This document shows, one piece after another, positions 42,806-55,759 of a DNA stretch of 64,000 nt (within the stretch, counting starts at the first letter, position 1; every line of letters begins with the position of its first letter). Location: contig OZ024740.1 in assembly GCA_964016885.1 (NCBI GenBank), forward strand, positions 384,586,001 through 384,650,000. The letters are read 5' to 3'. The translations under genes were made by a program, and so were the position numbers. The notes below the pieces were generated by a model. The model searched no databases and was not told where the DNA came from. It was given only the letters and a program-made list of their open reading frames with translations. The stretch is from Eledone cirrhosa. Its lineage: Eukaryota.

Positions 42806-43733
42806 TATTAGAGAGGTTTCCTAGTGCTCCTCGCTATATTGTTATCTTTTGTTCTGGTAGCACCTCTTTTTCCACTCTTTCGCCTGCATATTGTTCTGCG
42901 GTCTAAAATGTGTGCATTACGTGCTTGTGCATTTTTTCTGTTTCTTGTTTTTCCTTTCCCTTTCCTTTCCCTTTCCTTTCTATATATTATATTTGTTAGT
43001 GTTTTCGTTCTGTAACCATTATATTAAATGAATTTAAAAAAAAAGGAGTTAATAAATAAATAAAGAGTTAATAAATAAATAAAACGTTATACTTGTTTTA
43101 CCCTCCGATTTCCAATTCACCGAACACTATCATGACTGTATGTGTGTGTTTGTGTAAATGTATATGTGTGAATGTATGTATATTTGTGTGTAAGTATGTG
43201 TGAATGTATGTGTTTGTGTAAATGTATGTGTGAAATGTATATTTGTGTGAATGTATGGGTGAATGTATGTGTATTTGTGTGAATGTATGTGTGAATGTGT
43301 GTATGTTTGTGTAAATGTATGTGTGAAATGTATGTTTGTGTGAATGGATGTGTGAAAGTATGTATATTTGTGTGAAGGTAGAGGTCATGTGAATGTTAAA
43401 AATTGATTTTGCGCCAAAGGTAGGTTTGTCTCGGCTGATTGAGAAGTCACTGAAAAATAACTCTTTTAAGACAAATATGTGTGAGTGTGTGTGTGCAGTA
43501 GTAGTAAAGAGGTTCGTTGTTGTGATATTGGTCAGCAGGGATGTGTATGCGAACCTCAGCCTGCTGACAGGTCAACAGTTCAAATGCCTATTAAGACAAG
43601 TGTGTGTGTGTGTGTGTGTAGCAGAGTAATTCGTGGTAGAGGGATCGGACAGTAGGGATGTGTCTGTACGTGTGTGGGGGTTATTTTAACATGTTAAAAG
43701 ATATTTTTCAGCTCTTGTCTTATACGGAGAAGT

Positions 43734-43785
<52 letters not shown>

Positions 43786-43814
43786 CTCTTTGTATGTTAT
43801 TGTACGCGTGTGTA

Positions 43815-43848
<34 letters not shown>

Positions 43849-44034
43849 AATGTGTGTGTGTGGACCAGTGTTTTTGTGTTACTGGTAAAAATGGTGTACA
43901 TTATTCGATATTTTCAGTAAAAACGATTCTCTCAATAGAACATCAAAAACCTTAATAATAAAAGGTGTGAAATGATAAATAGTATTGGCATAAGACCAAG
44001 GTGTGTGTGAGTGTCCAGATTGTATTGGAATACT

Positions 44035-44066
<32 letters not shown>

Positions 44067-44083
44067 CATACCTATATATATAG

Positions 44084-44179
<96 letters not shown>

Positions 44180-44219
44180 TAGCGATATATATATATATAT
44201 ATAAAATTATATATATACG

Positions 44220-44259
<40 letters not shown>

Positions 44260-44449
44260 GGTTTGAGGTTCACCACTGGATAGAGCTGGTCTATTCCGTA
44301 TGGTCAATCGCATGTAATAATATAGAGAGTACTCAACGTAAAGCAGTTCAACCGTCTTTGTTTTTATAGTTGGTGGTGCTATTACGGAGTTAAATATTAT
44401 AATGAAATGACAGGAGGCTGGATTTGTGTAAATCCTTGAAAGGTTTATT

Positions 44450-44507
44450 ATACTATGAACATTTCAATGACCGGGTTCCGTATGAATCCGGTGATATCAT
44501 CAGGTAT
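44450..44507 (-). ncRNA. Type I hammerhead ribozyme
   Basis: atac-CTGATGA-tatcaccgg...ccggtcatt-GAAA-tgttca-TA-gtat. Confidence 0.72.
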
Positions 44508-44768
44508 TCGAAATATAATACGTGAATGTAATAGATAAAATATTTATATATTTATATATTTAGTATTAGTTATACTATCTATGGTTATATAAATACAAAA
44601 CCTTATGCAGTTATAAGTATTTTTTATATACACCCTAAATAGTGGTAGGCAGTAATGTATTACTACCTTATTACCAGTAAGTTAAGTAGCTCAATGTAAA
44701 AACATCAGATGATTTACAGAGCAGTTATATGAAATATAAGAATCAAAGAACTGTTCAAAACATTATTG

Positions 44769-44815
44769 TGCTTACAGCTGTTTCCTCCAAACCGAGGTTT
44801 GGATTCTTCGGAGCA
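44769..44815 (-). ncRNA. Type I hammerhead ribozyme (CCGAAGA variant)
   Basis: tgct-CCGAAGA-a-tccaaacc-tc-ggtttgga-g-GAAA-cagctg-TA-agca. Confidence 0.7.
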
Positions 44816-45606
44816 ATTTATTAATGCATGGACAGTTATATGACCTCCTTTTCAGCCAAGAGACATACCGATACATATGCAAATATTGTGGGTCAAAATT
44901 CATTACAGAATTTAGAGTGGCAGTACACACTTCGAGATTACATTCATATTAAGAGGTACAATCAAAAATCAAAAATACAGGTTAAAATACAACATGAAGA
45001 TAAGCGGTTATATAGTGCAAATGTTATATGTGTGGCACGCATGTGCGTCTTGTTTATACAGTGTGGCAGAGAGATATGTGTGGTAGAGGTACTTAGGTAG
45101 GTAAACAAGAGTGTTAGGTTGGTAGATCTGGTGGCAAAATCTTTATATGATTGATATAGTCTGTGTGTGGAGAAATGTTATAAGCATTAAAGATAGTGCA
45201 AGCATTAAAAGTGTTAAAAGTATTGGAGATGCACAGCGAAGGGATGTCAAGTATTTCATGTACTTCGACATTTTCATGGTCAGGGGAGTGTATTTTTCGA
45301 TTATATGCCCCTCACATAATCCACGACAATTCGATATTGAGCGTTTGGCAATCCAGTTAGAGAGTCGTAGTCTGGTGTTCAATTATATATTTATATATTT
45401 ATACCTTTGCTTTATCAATGTGCTTTTCCACGTATTCCACTTCTATGTATCCATGTATTTCTACTCCTCCTATTGGGACTTTTGCTCACTTGTACCCATT
45501 AGCACACGACACTAGAATGTCTACCCCTGAGAACAAAAATAAATATTACCCGACTATATCCCTTACTCTACATCCCACTAGGATAAATTATAGATCTACA
45601 TAATAC

Positions 45607-47036
45607 AATTAACGTTTCTTCATAAAAGACTCTCTTTAATTAAACCCCGCAACCCAAAACGTTAAAATAGTTTTTTTTTAATGTTTAATTTTCAATTTTC
45701 TATTTGTTCAATTCTCAATCTTCTTACTCTTTAATTTTTAATGTTATTTTGAATTCTTTCAACTTCGTCCTATAAATTTAAACAATATTTTAAAGTTCCA
45801 ACTTTCTGTCGGACTGTTGGGTGGGTTTTACTGGCGGCGCGACCAGCCCCCTGGCGCATGGACCTACCTTGAGTGCTTTGAAAAATAAATTTCACCTTTT
45901 TCGGCAAATGAAACTACTCGGAGCGGATTAATTCGCCCCGGGGGCCCGGCGCGTGGCCGGTTTTTTAACCGCCACATAGTACCTTTAAATTACAGATCAA
46001 ATCAGAACTATTAGATATATCAACCTTAAAATGTTAGACTGTTTAACTTTAAATTTTCTAATTTTTTAATATTAAATATTAATTATTAATTTTTAACTTC
46101 ATCCTATAAGTCTAAACAAAAACGTAACGTTCCAATCTTCTGCTCACACATTATAACAAACTGACCCCCACTATATTTACCTCTGCTAAGATACGAGTCC
46201 CTGTGAAAATCTTTTCGCGCCACTCCTGGCCTGACTGTAGTCTGACATTAATATCGACCTTTCTTCCTCTTTCTTTCTATGTATCTTCTTGTAGCCATCA
46301 ACCCTGACTTTTCTACTTCTTCCTTTTAATTAACGTTTCTTCACAAAAGACTCTCTTTAACTAAACCCCGCAACCCAAAACCTTAAAAAAGTTTTTTTAA
46401 ACGTTTAATCTTCAATTTTCTGTTTTGTTCAATTCTCAATCTTCTTACTCTTTAATTTTATAATGTTATTCTGAATTCTTTCAACTTCATCCTATAAATT
46501 TAGACAGTATTTTAACGTTCCAATTTTCTGTCGGACTGTTGGGTGGGTTGTCCTGGCGGCGGAACCGGCCCCCTGGAGCATGGGCCTACCTTGAGTGCTT
46601 GGAAAAATAAATTTCCCCTTCTTTCGGTAAATGAAACTACTCGGAGTGGCCTGATTTGCCCCAGGGGCCCGGAGCGCGGCTGGTTTTTTAACCGCCACAT
46701 AGTACCCTTAAATTACGGATCAAATCAGAACTGTTAGATATATCAACCTTAAAATGTTAAACTGTTTGACTTTGAATTTTCTAATTCCTTTGATATTGAA
46801 TATTGATTATTAATTTTTAACTTCATCCTATAAGTCTAAACAAAAACGTAACGTTCCAATCTTCTGTTCACACATTATAACACACTGACCCCCACTATAT
46901 TTACCTCTGCTAAGATACGGGTCCATGTGAAAATTTTCTCGCGCCACTCCTGGCCTGACATTAATATCGACCTTTCTTCCTCTTTCTATCTTCCTTCTTG
47001 TAGCCATCAACCCTGAATTTTCTACTTCTTCCTTTT
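45607..47036. repeat. Two-copy tandem repeat, period about 721 bp
   Basis: aattaacgtttcttca.aaaagactctc at 45607 and 46328; colinear throughout. Confidence 0.92.
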
Positions 47037-47513
47037 CTCCCTTCTCTTCTCCCTTCTTTCTGTCTTCCTCCCGCAGACTTATCTTCCTTCCCCTTTTTGT
47101 TTGCCTATATCTGACCGGTAGTAGTTGTTTAGATACGGGTCCCGTAGAATAAAAAAATTTTTTCGCGACAATCCTGGCCTGACTATAATACCGATCTTTC
47201 CTCCTCTTTCTTTCTGTCTTTCTTCTTATAGCTGACATTAACCCTGACTTCTCTTCTTCTTCCTTCCCCCTTCTTCTCTCTTCTTCCTTTCTTTCTTTCT
47301 TTCTTTTGTCTTGTGGCATAATATTAACGCTAACTTATGTTCCCATCTCTTTCTGTTTTCCTTTATCTGACTGGTAGTAGCACACTGTAAGCTTTAGCCA
47401 CGTCACTCGAGGGCGACCGGATAAGGTAGAAGGTGCTGGATAGCGGTCGCCCCCGGGTCCTCGATTTTCAGCCCAATGGATTTTATCTATTACATTCAAG
47501 TATTATATTTCGA

Positions 47514-47571
47514 ATACCTGATGATATCACTGGATTCATACGGAACACGGTCACTGAAATGATCATAGTAT
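47514..47571 (+). ncRNA. Type I hammerhead ribozyme
   Basis: atac-CTGATGA-tatcactgg...acggtcact-GAAA-tgatca-TA-gtat; ATGATCAT palindromic stem III. Confidence 0.72.
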
Positions 47572-47617
47572 GATAAATCTTTCAAGGATTTACACAAATC
47601 CATACTCGTGTCATTTC

Positions 47618-47653
<36 letters not shown>

Positions 47654-48326
47654 TAGCGAGAATCGTATTTCGGCTATTGGAAATTAGCGAAAAACAAGTT
47701 CCGAGATGTGGGGCGAGCGCTCCATAGGAGCTAGTAAACTAGAGCAACATAGGTTAAAAGAAACATAAGTAAAACAACATAAGTTAAAAGGCCAAACACA
47801 CTGAGACGATGGTTAAACCATTACCCGCACAGCCATAGAAGCGACCAAGTAATTCGGGTCAAACAAATAAAATATGATTGAAAATTATACCCGGACCCCT
47901 GGAAGGTTGGTAAAATCCAGTATTGGGTTTCTGCAACTCCTAAATCAAGTATTTCTTAGACAAATAATGTTAAGTTTTTTGTATGGTGATCGAACAAGGA
48001 AGTCACTTTTTCAACAGGCTTTTAGTTCAGTGCCAAGTCAAGGTCTGACCGTTATCAAAACCCACGTGGGGCTTGACAAGGGGGGCAACCCTTAGTTTTG
48101 GCGGATGATTTCAGTATGTGTGTTATTGCAAAATTGCAAAATATCACAAACGAATTAAGCTCTCAACAGAATGGTTTTAAAATTAACAAGATCTATTAAT
48201 CAGTCAATAGAATTAACTAAAAAAATCAAGAAGATTGATACCTATATATATATATATATATATATACTTATATATATATATATAGGTATATATATATATT
48301 AATATATATATATTAATATATATATA

Positions 48327-48401
<75 letters not shown>

Positions 48402-48826
48402 CAAAAATGCATAAAATTAATATTCCATCTATTAAACCTTTCATTATTTTCTTCCCTAGGAATTTATCTTTCAACTTTTCCCACCACCACATCAAATTTT
48501 CTTTCTCGTGTTACCTCTATTTACCCCAACCCTTTCTTTCATTTCCAATTGCATCACTCGGCTTATCTAATTGTGGTGTCAATTGTTATTTGGAATTGTT
48601 TTCCGCATGTCATTAATGAGTTTCTGTTAAACGATAAACGTCATCACGTTCTATTCATAGGCAGCCTGCCTCACTCTGTTCCCATCAAAATGTTCAGCTT
48701 CATGTGTTTGTGCTGACTATCCTGTGTGAAGTAATACTTGATGAATACCTGGGATTTGGAAAACAATAGTTTCTTCTATTTATCTCACTCTCACACTTTC
48801 CCACACTCACTGTATATATTTATATC

Positions 48827-48861
<35 letters not shown>

Positions 48862-48919
48862 ATATATATATGTGTGTGTGTGTGTGTGTATATATGTATA
48901 TATATATATATATATACAT

Positions 48920-48956
<37 letters not shown>

Positions 48957-49093
48957 AATATATATTTATATGTGTATGGTGGGGGCGTGTAAGTATATAT
49001 ATATATGTAATATATATATATATATATTTATATTTATATTTATGTACGTATGTATGTACACACACTCGCATAAATACATATATAATTATATAC

Positions 49094-49136
<43 letters not shown>

Positions 49137-49186
49137 TATATATAAATATAAATATATATATATATGTGTGTATATATATTTATATT

Positions 49187-49225
<39 letters not shown>

Positions 49226-49236
49226 TTTTATATTTA

Positions 49237-49353
<117 letters not shown>

Positions 49354-49368
49354 GTAAGAATATTTTTG

Positions 49369-49405
<37 letters not shown>

Positions 49406-50390
49406 TATATGTATATATGTATATACATATAAATATATATGTATATATGCGTGCGTGTGTGTCGCACAGTTACCGACAATTATAAAAAGAGACTCATACA
49501 CATTTATACGCATACGATTTTTCCCTAAGTTAATTATAAAGAGAATAAAGTATCAGCAAATTGAAACAATGACATTGTTCTAGATGCAACAAATCGGCTT
49601 CGAGCTGTTGTTTTACTGAAGTAATCACGGCTGAATTATTATTACGTATACATGCATAGAAACATACATATATACATACATATATACGTACATACATACA
49701 TATATGCATACAAGCATACATACATACGTACATACATGTATACATACATACACACATACATACATATATACATACAAGCATACATACATACATACGTACA
49801 TGCATGTATACATACATACATACATACATACATACATACATACATACATACATACATACATACATACATACATACATACATACATACGTCTATATATATA
49901 CATGCAGCATACAAAATATGTGTTAGATTGTTTCCCTTCACTATAGGCAACAGGTAATCCAGTGCAACATTTGCATATTCGGGTCATTGAAGACTAAAAC
50001 AATTCACCCTCTAGAATGTCTCGGTGTGGGTGGTTGCTAAAAATTCAACAGGACAAAAAAGGGTAGAGCCAGCGATTATCTATTGATAGCTGAGGGACAT
50101 ACATACGTAGATACACACACATATACATACCTATTGCGTACATACAAACGTACGTATATATACATACATACGTACATACAAACATACATACACAGACACA
50201 TATACATACCTACATACATACATGCACGCCCTCATGCACAGATAAATGCAGGCATACATACATACATACATACATACATACATACATACATACATACATA
50301 CATACATACATACATACATACATGATGGCTGTCCCCTCGTTATCGAGTATGGCCATTGCACGAGGAGAAAAAAAAATTAACAAATAAATA

Positions 50391-50425
<35 letters not shown>

Positions 50426-50636
50426 TTTCTGAATTTGTTTAGCAAGATTCTTTATCTGAAATCGTGTGTTGAAACCTATATTGTTATACTTTGGGAGGGT
50501 CATGTTGCCAATAAGAAACACACGCACCAGTTGCTTTCACTTCAATTTAATTGATTATATATTTATAAATTTACAAATTTATAAATTTCTGGTTGGTTGG
50601 TTGGTTCCACAACCAGATAGTTGTTTATATATATAT

Positions 50637-50681
50637 AGTCATAGTTCTTTCGTCACACACTCTGTGACCTCTTCAGTGACT
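50637..50681 (-). ncRNA. Type I minimal hammerhead (left arm of PLE2)
   Basis: Mirror of 55261-55305. Confidence 0.75.
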
Positions 50682-51129
50682 GGGGATTTCTTTCTTCGTT
50701 TCTGTGCCTTTCCTTTCTTCTATCCTACGCCATTTTGTTTGTGTATGGGTTGCGTGCTCAGTTTGCGCATGCGCCACATCCGGGTGTCTGTGTGTGTTTG
50801 TGTTCATTTTTCTATTTTTCTATTTATATTTTTCTATTTGTTTGTTTATTTATTTATTTATTGTTGGTTGGTTGTTTGTTCTATGTGTGTGTGTGTTTTC
50901 ATTTTGTCTTGTGTGTGTTTTCATTGTGTGTGTGTTTTCAATTGTAAGTTGTTTGTTCTATGTGTGTGTGTGTTTTCATTTTGTCCTTAATTGTAAGTTG
51001 TGATGTTGCTGTTCCACTCATATTTTCTATTTAATTTTGGTTTTAATTCTTTTATGCTTACTGCCTCTGTAATTTGCCTAAACATTGCGTCTTTCTTGTG
51101 TGTGGATTCTATTTTTATTTCTATGCTCT

Positions 51130-53493
51130 CTAATTTACCCCTGTGTTTATCTTAGCATGTTGGTAGAGCACAGATGATTCTTTATTATCTTGGAGGTCTC
51201 GCCAGTGTTCATTTATTCGTTCCCCTATACTACGAGCTGTCTCACCTATGTACACTATATTTTTGTTTCTACATTGTCCTTCAGTACATCTTATGGTATA
51301 TACTACATTTCTAGTTTTACAGTTAATATGGGGGCTTATTTTACAGGTTATACATTTCTTATCTATACATGAGGGTCTTTGGAACGGGTATGTCTTGCTA
51401 ATAAGTGTTTTTACGGAGGTACCAGGTCTTTCTACTATCTTAATATTGAGATTATGTTTCTTTAGGGCCCTTCTAAATTTGTAGGCTAGTTCGCCTCTAG
51501 GGGTTGTATTGATGAACATTACACTCTGGTATTTATTGCTATCATACCATGAGTTTATTCTATTGGCCTTGTTCTTAGTTCTTTCTATTCTATTCCAAAA
51601 TTTGCTCCTATACAAGGGGCAGGTCCCATTTATGTCATTATTTACCATTTTTTCCCATTTGGTTCTGGCTCCTTTATACACTCTGATTCTATCTCTCTGA
51701 TTGTAGCCAGAGAACTGCATACGGTGGATGAAGTGTTGTATGTGTCTCTCTAGTTCTTCGGGGTTGCACATGCGGGACACGTTTCTCATCACCCGTACCA
51801 AATCCGCAATCAGTATGTTGATTTTGGTATGGTCCGAAATGGCCGAGTTTCGGTGGATCAGATGTTTGGAAGTCATGGGTTTGGCATAATGGGAATGGAG
51901 GATTTGTTTTTGGTTGTTAATTGTATCTAACCAGAGCTCTGTCTCTAGTACAGGTAATCGATGGTTGGGGTGTCTACTTGGGTAGTCTATAGTAACTCTA
52001 ATGCTCTGGTGGATGGAGTTTGCTATTTGCTGGATGCTTTCCATTGTATTTTTCTCTAGTTCCTGACTGTTCTTTAGTGGGGGTGTCTTAACTACGATGT
52101 TTATATCATCTACGTAGCGGGAGTACATTATCGGGGTTAAGCTGTCTTCTAATTGTTCATTAAGTTTTTGTTTAAGTCTACTGTCCCACCATACCATGAA
52201 TAAGTTAGCTATGTCGCCTGCAATGCTAACACCAATGGCTGCTCCTTCCTCTTGGGCATATGTTTTACCATTAAATTTGAACATATGTTCCTTAAGGGTT
52301 AATTTTATGCTGGCCCCTACCGCATATGCAATCATTTTCTTCAGTTCATCGTGGTTTTCGGGTGTCCGTATGACTCTGGTCCACCCGTTCCATCTATCTG
52401 TGTGGGTTTTCTTGGCCATTGAGGTAATGGTAGGAGGTCTGCCTCTTGCTGGTCTTGTAGGGCACAGGTTGCTAAGGTCATAAGTGTCTAGGTAACTATT
52501 ACTATGGGTAAGCTTAAGTAGAAGTCCCAGCTCACTGGTATCAATCCCACGGAACTCAACCTTGCTCTCGCTGATCATTTCGACGCATTTCTCCACAGCA
52601 AAATCCACGTCAATAGATGGATACAGGGACACAACATCCATACTGCCTATTATGCAGTTTGTTAGGTCCCCAGATCGGTTACCCGCGCCGATTCTGCTGA
52701 GGAGGTCCTCCGTGCTGTCACACACATCTGGGGACATCTCAATGATGGGGCGTATGATCAGGGAGAGGAAGTAGGACAGTCTGTAGTTACTAGCAATGTT
52801 AGCCCCACAGACTGGCCGTGTTGGTGGTCCCGCGACAGGGTCCCAGCCCGTTTTATGGTCTTTTCGAAGCCCATACAACGCCGGCACGTCATTGTTCCAG
52901 GCCTGGAAGTTGTTGGCAGTCCTTTTGTTGGGCTGCATTATATTTGTCCACATCACCATATGGGCATTGAGGGCTTTTTCTCTATCCTCATGCTCCTGTG
53001 GTGTTACCTCTCTTGTGTTAGTGATGTGGGGTTGCATTGCCTGGATGTAGTTTGGCAGGCTGTCAACCGACATTCTGCCAGACTTGTCTGTTGGAAAGCA
53101 TGCTATCTCTCCATTACGCGAGCGCTGCATGAGCTTACGCAAGCCATTTGCGGATTCTTCTCCCAGTTGCTGGGCCTCTATTCTATTATGCTTCTTGCTA
53201 TACTGTTCTATAATATTTCTAAGTTCGGATTTAGCTATACTAAATTGTGCTTCTGTTTGTTCATCGACCTGCGACGGCAACTGCGTGCGTTTGTTAAATG
53301 GTAAAGTCGTGGCGTGGACTCGTCGTAGGTCGAATGATTTATCGGAGGGGTTATAAAACGGAGAGTTCCAGGCTGCTGCTTTATGTGTACTAGTGCTATT
53401 GTTAGTTGTGTTGTTTCTATTTCCACCAACAGCAGCAGCCTCAGCTTCATGGTTGTTTCTATGTCTCTCATAATTACTCCTGTCTCTTTCCAC
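51130..53493 (-). CDS. PLE RT plus GIY-YIG endonuclease, Nematis-like; frame open upstream to about 53675 (5'-truncated); 1-nt deletion near the C-terminus
   Basis: TDKSG, LYGLRKDHK, RPV, DVVSLYPSI, QEEGAAIG, RYVDD, VVYTIRC..YIGET..R..EH. Confidence 0.93.
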   Translation of the reverse strand: MERDRSNYERHRNNHEAEAAAVGGNRNNTTNNSTSTHKAAAWNSPFYNPSDKSFDLRRVHATTLPFNKRTQLPSQVDEQTEAQFSIAKSELRNIIEQYSKKHNRIEAQQLGEESANGLRKLMQRSRNGEIACFPTDKSGRMSVDSLPNYIQAMQPHITNTREVTPQEHEDREKALNAHMVMWTNIMQPNKRTANNFQAWNNDVPALYGLRKDHKTGWDPVAGPPTRPVCGANIASNYRLSYFLSLIIRPIIEMSPDVCDSTEDLLSRIGAGNRSGDLTNCIIGSMDVVSLYPSIDVDFAVEKCVEMISESKVEFRGIDTSELGLLLKLTHSNSYLDTYDLSNLCPTRPARGRPPTITSMAKKTHTDRWNGWTRVIRTPENHDELKKMIAYAVGASIKLTLKEHMFKFNGKTYAQEEGAAIGVSIAGDIANLFMVWWDSRLKQKLNEQLEDSLTPIMYSRYVDDINIVVKTPPLKNSQELEKNTMESIQQIANSIHQSIRVTIDYPSRHPNHRLPVLETELWLDTINNQKQILHSHYAKPMTSKHLIHRNSAISDHTKINILIADLVRVMRNVSRMCNPEELERHIQHFIHRMQFSGYNQRDRIRVYKGARTKWEKMVNNDINGTCPLYRSKFWNRIERTKNKANRINSWYDSNKYQSVMFINTTPRGELAYKFRRALKKHNLNIKIVERPGTSVKTLISKTYPFQRPSCIDKKCITCKISPHINCKTRNVVYTIRCTEGQCRNKNIVYIGETARSIGERINEHWRDLQDNKESSVLYQHAKINTGVN

Positions 53494-53675
53494 TGGCTCA
53501 ATGTTGTTATCTACCCTATTTTGTGTGTCTGTGTGTTCGTCTTGGTTATTCTCTTTGTCCTTAGTCTCCCATCTCCTTTTCCTTTTAATCCTATTACTTT
53601 CTCTTATTTCTCTGATTTCTGTGCTACTGTCATTACTTGTTTTCTGTGTCTGTGTGTTTGTTAAGATTGTGGTTT

Positions 53676-54977
53676 GTTAAGATAGTAGAAAGACCTGGTA
53701 CCTCCGTAAAAACACTTATTAGCAAGACATACCCGTTCCAAAGACCCTCATGTATAGATAAGAAATGTATAACCTGTAAAATAAGCCCCCATATTAACTG
53801 TAAAACTAGATTAGAAAACAGCTTAACCCTGATAATGTACTCCCGCTACGTAGATGATATAAACATCGTAGTTAAGACACCCCCACTAAAGAACAGTCAG
53901 GAACTAGAGAAAAACACAATGGAAAGCATCCAGCAAATAGCAAACTCCATCCACCAGAGCATTAGAGTTACTATAGACTACCCAAGTAGACACCCCAACC
54001 ATCGATTACCTGTACTAGACACAGAGCTCTGGTTAGATACAATTAACAACCAAAAACAAATCCTCCATTCCCATTATGCCAAACCCATGACTTCCAAACA
54101 TCTGATCCACCGAAACTCGGCCATTTCGGACCATACCAAAATCAACATACTGATTGCGGATTTGGTACGGGTGATGAGAAACGTGTCCCGCATGTGCAAC
54201 CCCGAAGAACTAGAGAGACACATACAACACTTCATCCACCGTATGCAGTTCTCTGGCTACAATCAGAGAGATAGAATCAGAGTGTATAAAGGAGCCAGAA
54301 CCAAATGGGAAAAAATGGTAAATAATGACATAAATGGGACCTGCCCCTTGTATAGGAGCAAATTTTGGAATAGAATAGAAAGAACTAAGAACAAGGCCAA
54401 TAGAATAAACTCATGGTATGATAGCAATAAATACCAGAGTGTAATGTTCATCAATACAACCCCTAGAGGCGAACTAGCCTACAAATTTAGAAGGGCCCTA
54501 AAGAAACATAATCTCAATATTAAGATAGTAGAAAGACCTGGTACCTCCGTAAAAACACTTATTAGCAAGACATACCCGTTCCAAAGACCCTCATGTATAG
54601 ATAAGAAATGTATAACCTGTAAAATAAGCCGCCATATTAACTGTAAAACTAGAAATGTAGTATATACCATAAGATGTACTGAAGGACAATGTAGAAACAA
54701 AAATATAGTGTACATAGGTGAGACAGCTCGTAGTATAGGGGAACGAATAAATGAACACTGGCGAGACCTCCAAGATAATAAAGAATCATCTGTGCTCTAC
54801 CAACATGCTAAGATAGAACACAGGGGTAAATTAGAGAGCATAGAAATAAAAATAGAATCCACACACAAGAAAGACGCAATGTTTAGGCAAATTACAGAGG
54901 CAGTAAGCATAAAAGAATTAAAACCAAAATTAAATAGAAAATATGAGTGGAACAGCAACATCACAACTTACAATTAA
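53676..54977 (+). pseudogene. Inverted chimeric partial copy of the PLE2 ORF, with intact endonuclease C-terminus
   Basis: KIVERPG..NCKTR block fused in frame to LENSL..RYVDD..; ends EAVSI..KPKLNRKYEW. Confidence 0.9.
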
Positions 54978-55260
54978 GGACAAAATGAAAACACACACAC
55001 ACATAGAACAAACAACTTACAATTGAAAACACACACAAAATGAAAACACACACACACATAGAACAAACAACCAACCAACAATAAATAAATAAATAAACAA
55101 ACAAATAGAAAAATATAAATAGAAAAATAGAAAAATGAACACAAACACACACAGACACCCGGATGTGGCGCATGCGTAAACTGAGCACGCAACCCACACA
55201 CAAACAAAATGGCGTAGGATAGAAGAAAGGAAAGGCACAGAAACGAAGAAAGAAATCCCC

Positions 55261-55305
55261 AGTCACTGAAGAGGTCACAGAGTGTGTGACGAAAGAACTA
55301 TGACT
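55261..55305 (+). ncRNA. Type I minimal hammerhead (right arm of PLE2)
   Basis: agtca-CTGAAGA-g-gtcaca-gagtg-tgtgac-GAAA-gaac-TA-tgact. Confidence 0.78.
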
Positions 55306-55452
55306 ATATATATATAAACAACTATCTGGTTGTGGAACCAACCAACCAACCAGAAATTTATAAATTTGTAAATTTATAAATATATAATTAAATTGAAGTG
55401 AAAGCAACTGGTGCGTGTGTTTCTTATTGGCAACATGACCCTCCCAAAGTAT

Positions 55453-55537
<85 letters not shown>

Positions 55538-55759
55538 TATATACACATATATATATATACACACATACACATATGCACACACACACATATACACACACAC
55601 ATACATTAATAACAATAATAATAATAATAATAATAATAACAACAATAATAATAACAACAATAATAATAACGACAACAACAATAATAATATACATATACAT
55701 ATATATATACACATACACGCACACACATAAGCATATCTATACACACACACACACACGAT

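Larger units (their letters stand above)
44395..47626. mobile_element. 3.2-kb non-coding composite bounded by 147-bp inverted hammerhead-bearing PLE-type ends
   Basis: 44395-44541 is the rc of 47480-47626; 44650-44820 is homologous (rc) to PLE3 UTR 28890-29055. Confidence 0.75.
50424..55460. mobile_element. Penelope-like element 2, inverted insertion in (TA)n
   Basis: 50477-52152 is the rc of 53811-55460; left tail 50424-50476; inversion junction about 53675. Confidence 0.95.

Noticed and set aside
45607-47036. CRISPR-like or LTR interpretation of the direct repeats
   Set aside because: Abutting 721-bp units with no spacers, TG..CA ends or PBS; eukaryotic context
47370-47465. Possible twister or HDV-like ribozyme
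   Set aside because: Only a simple hairpin can be supported; pseudoknot pairings not found
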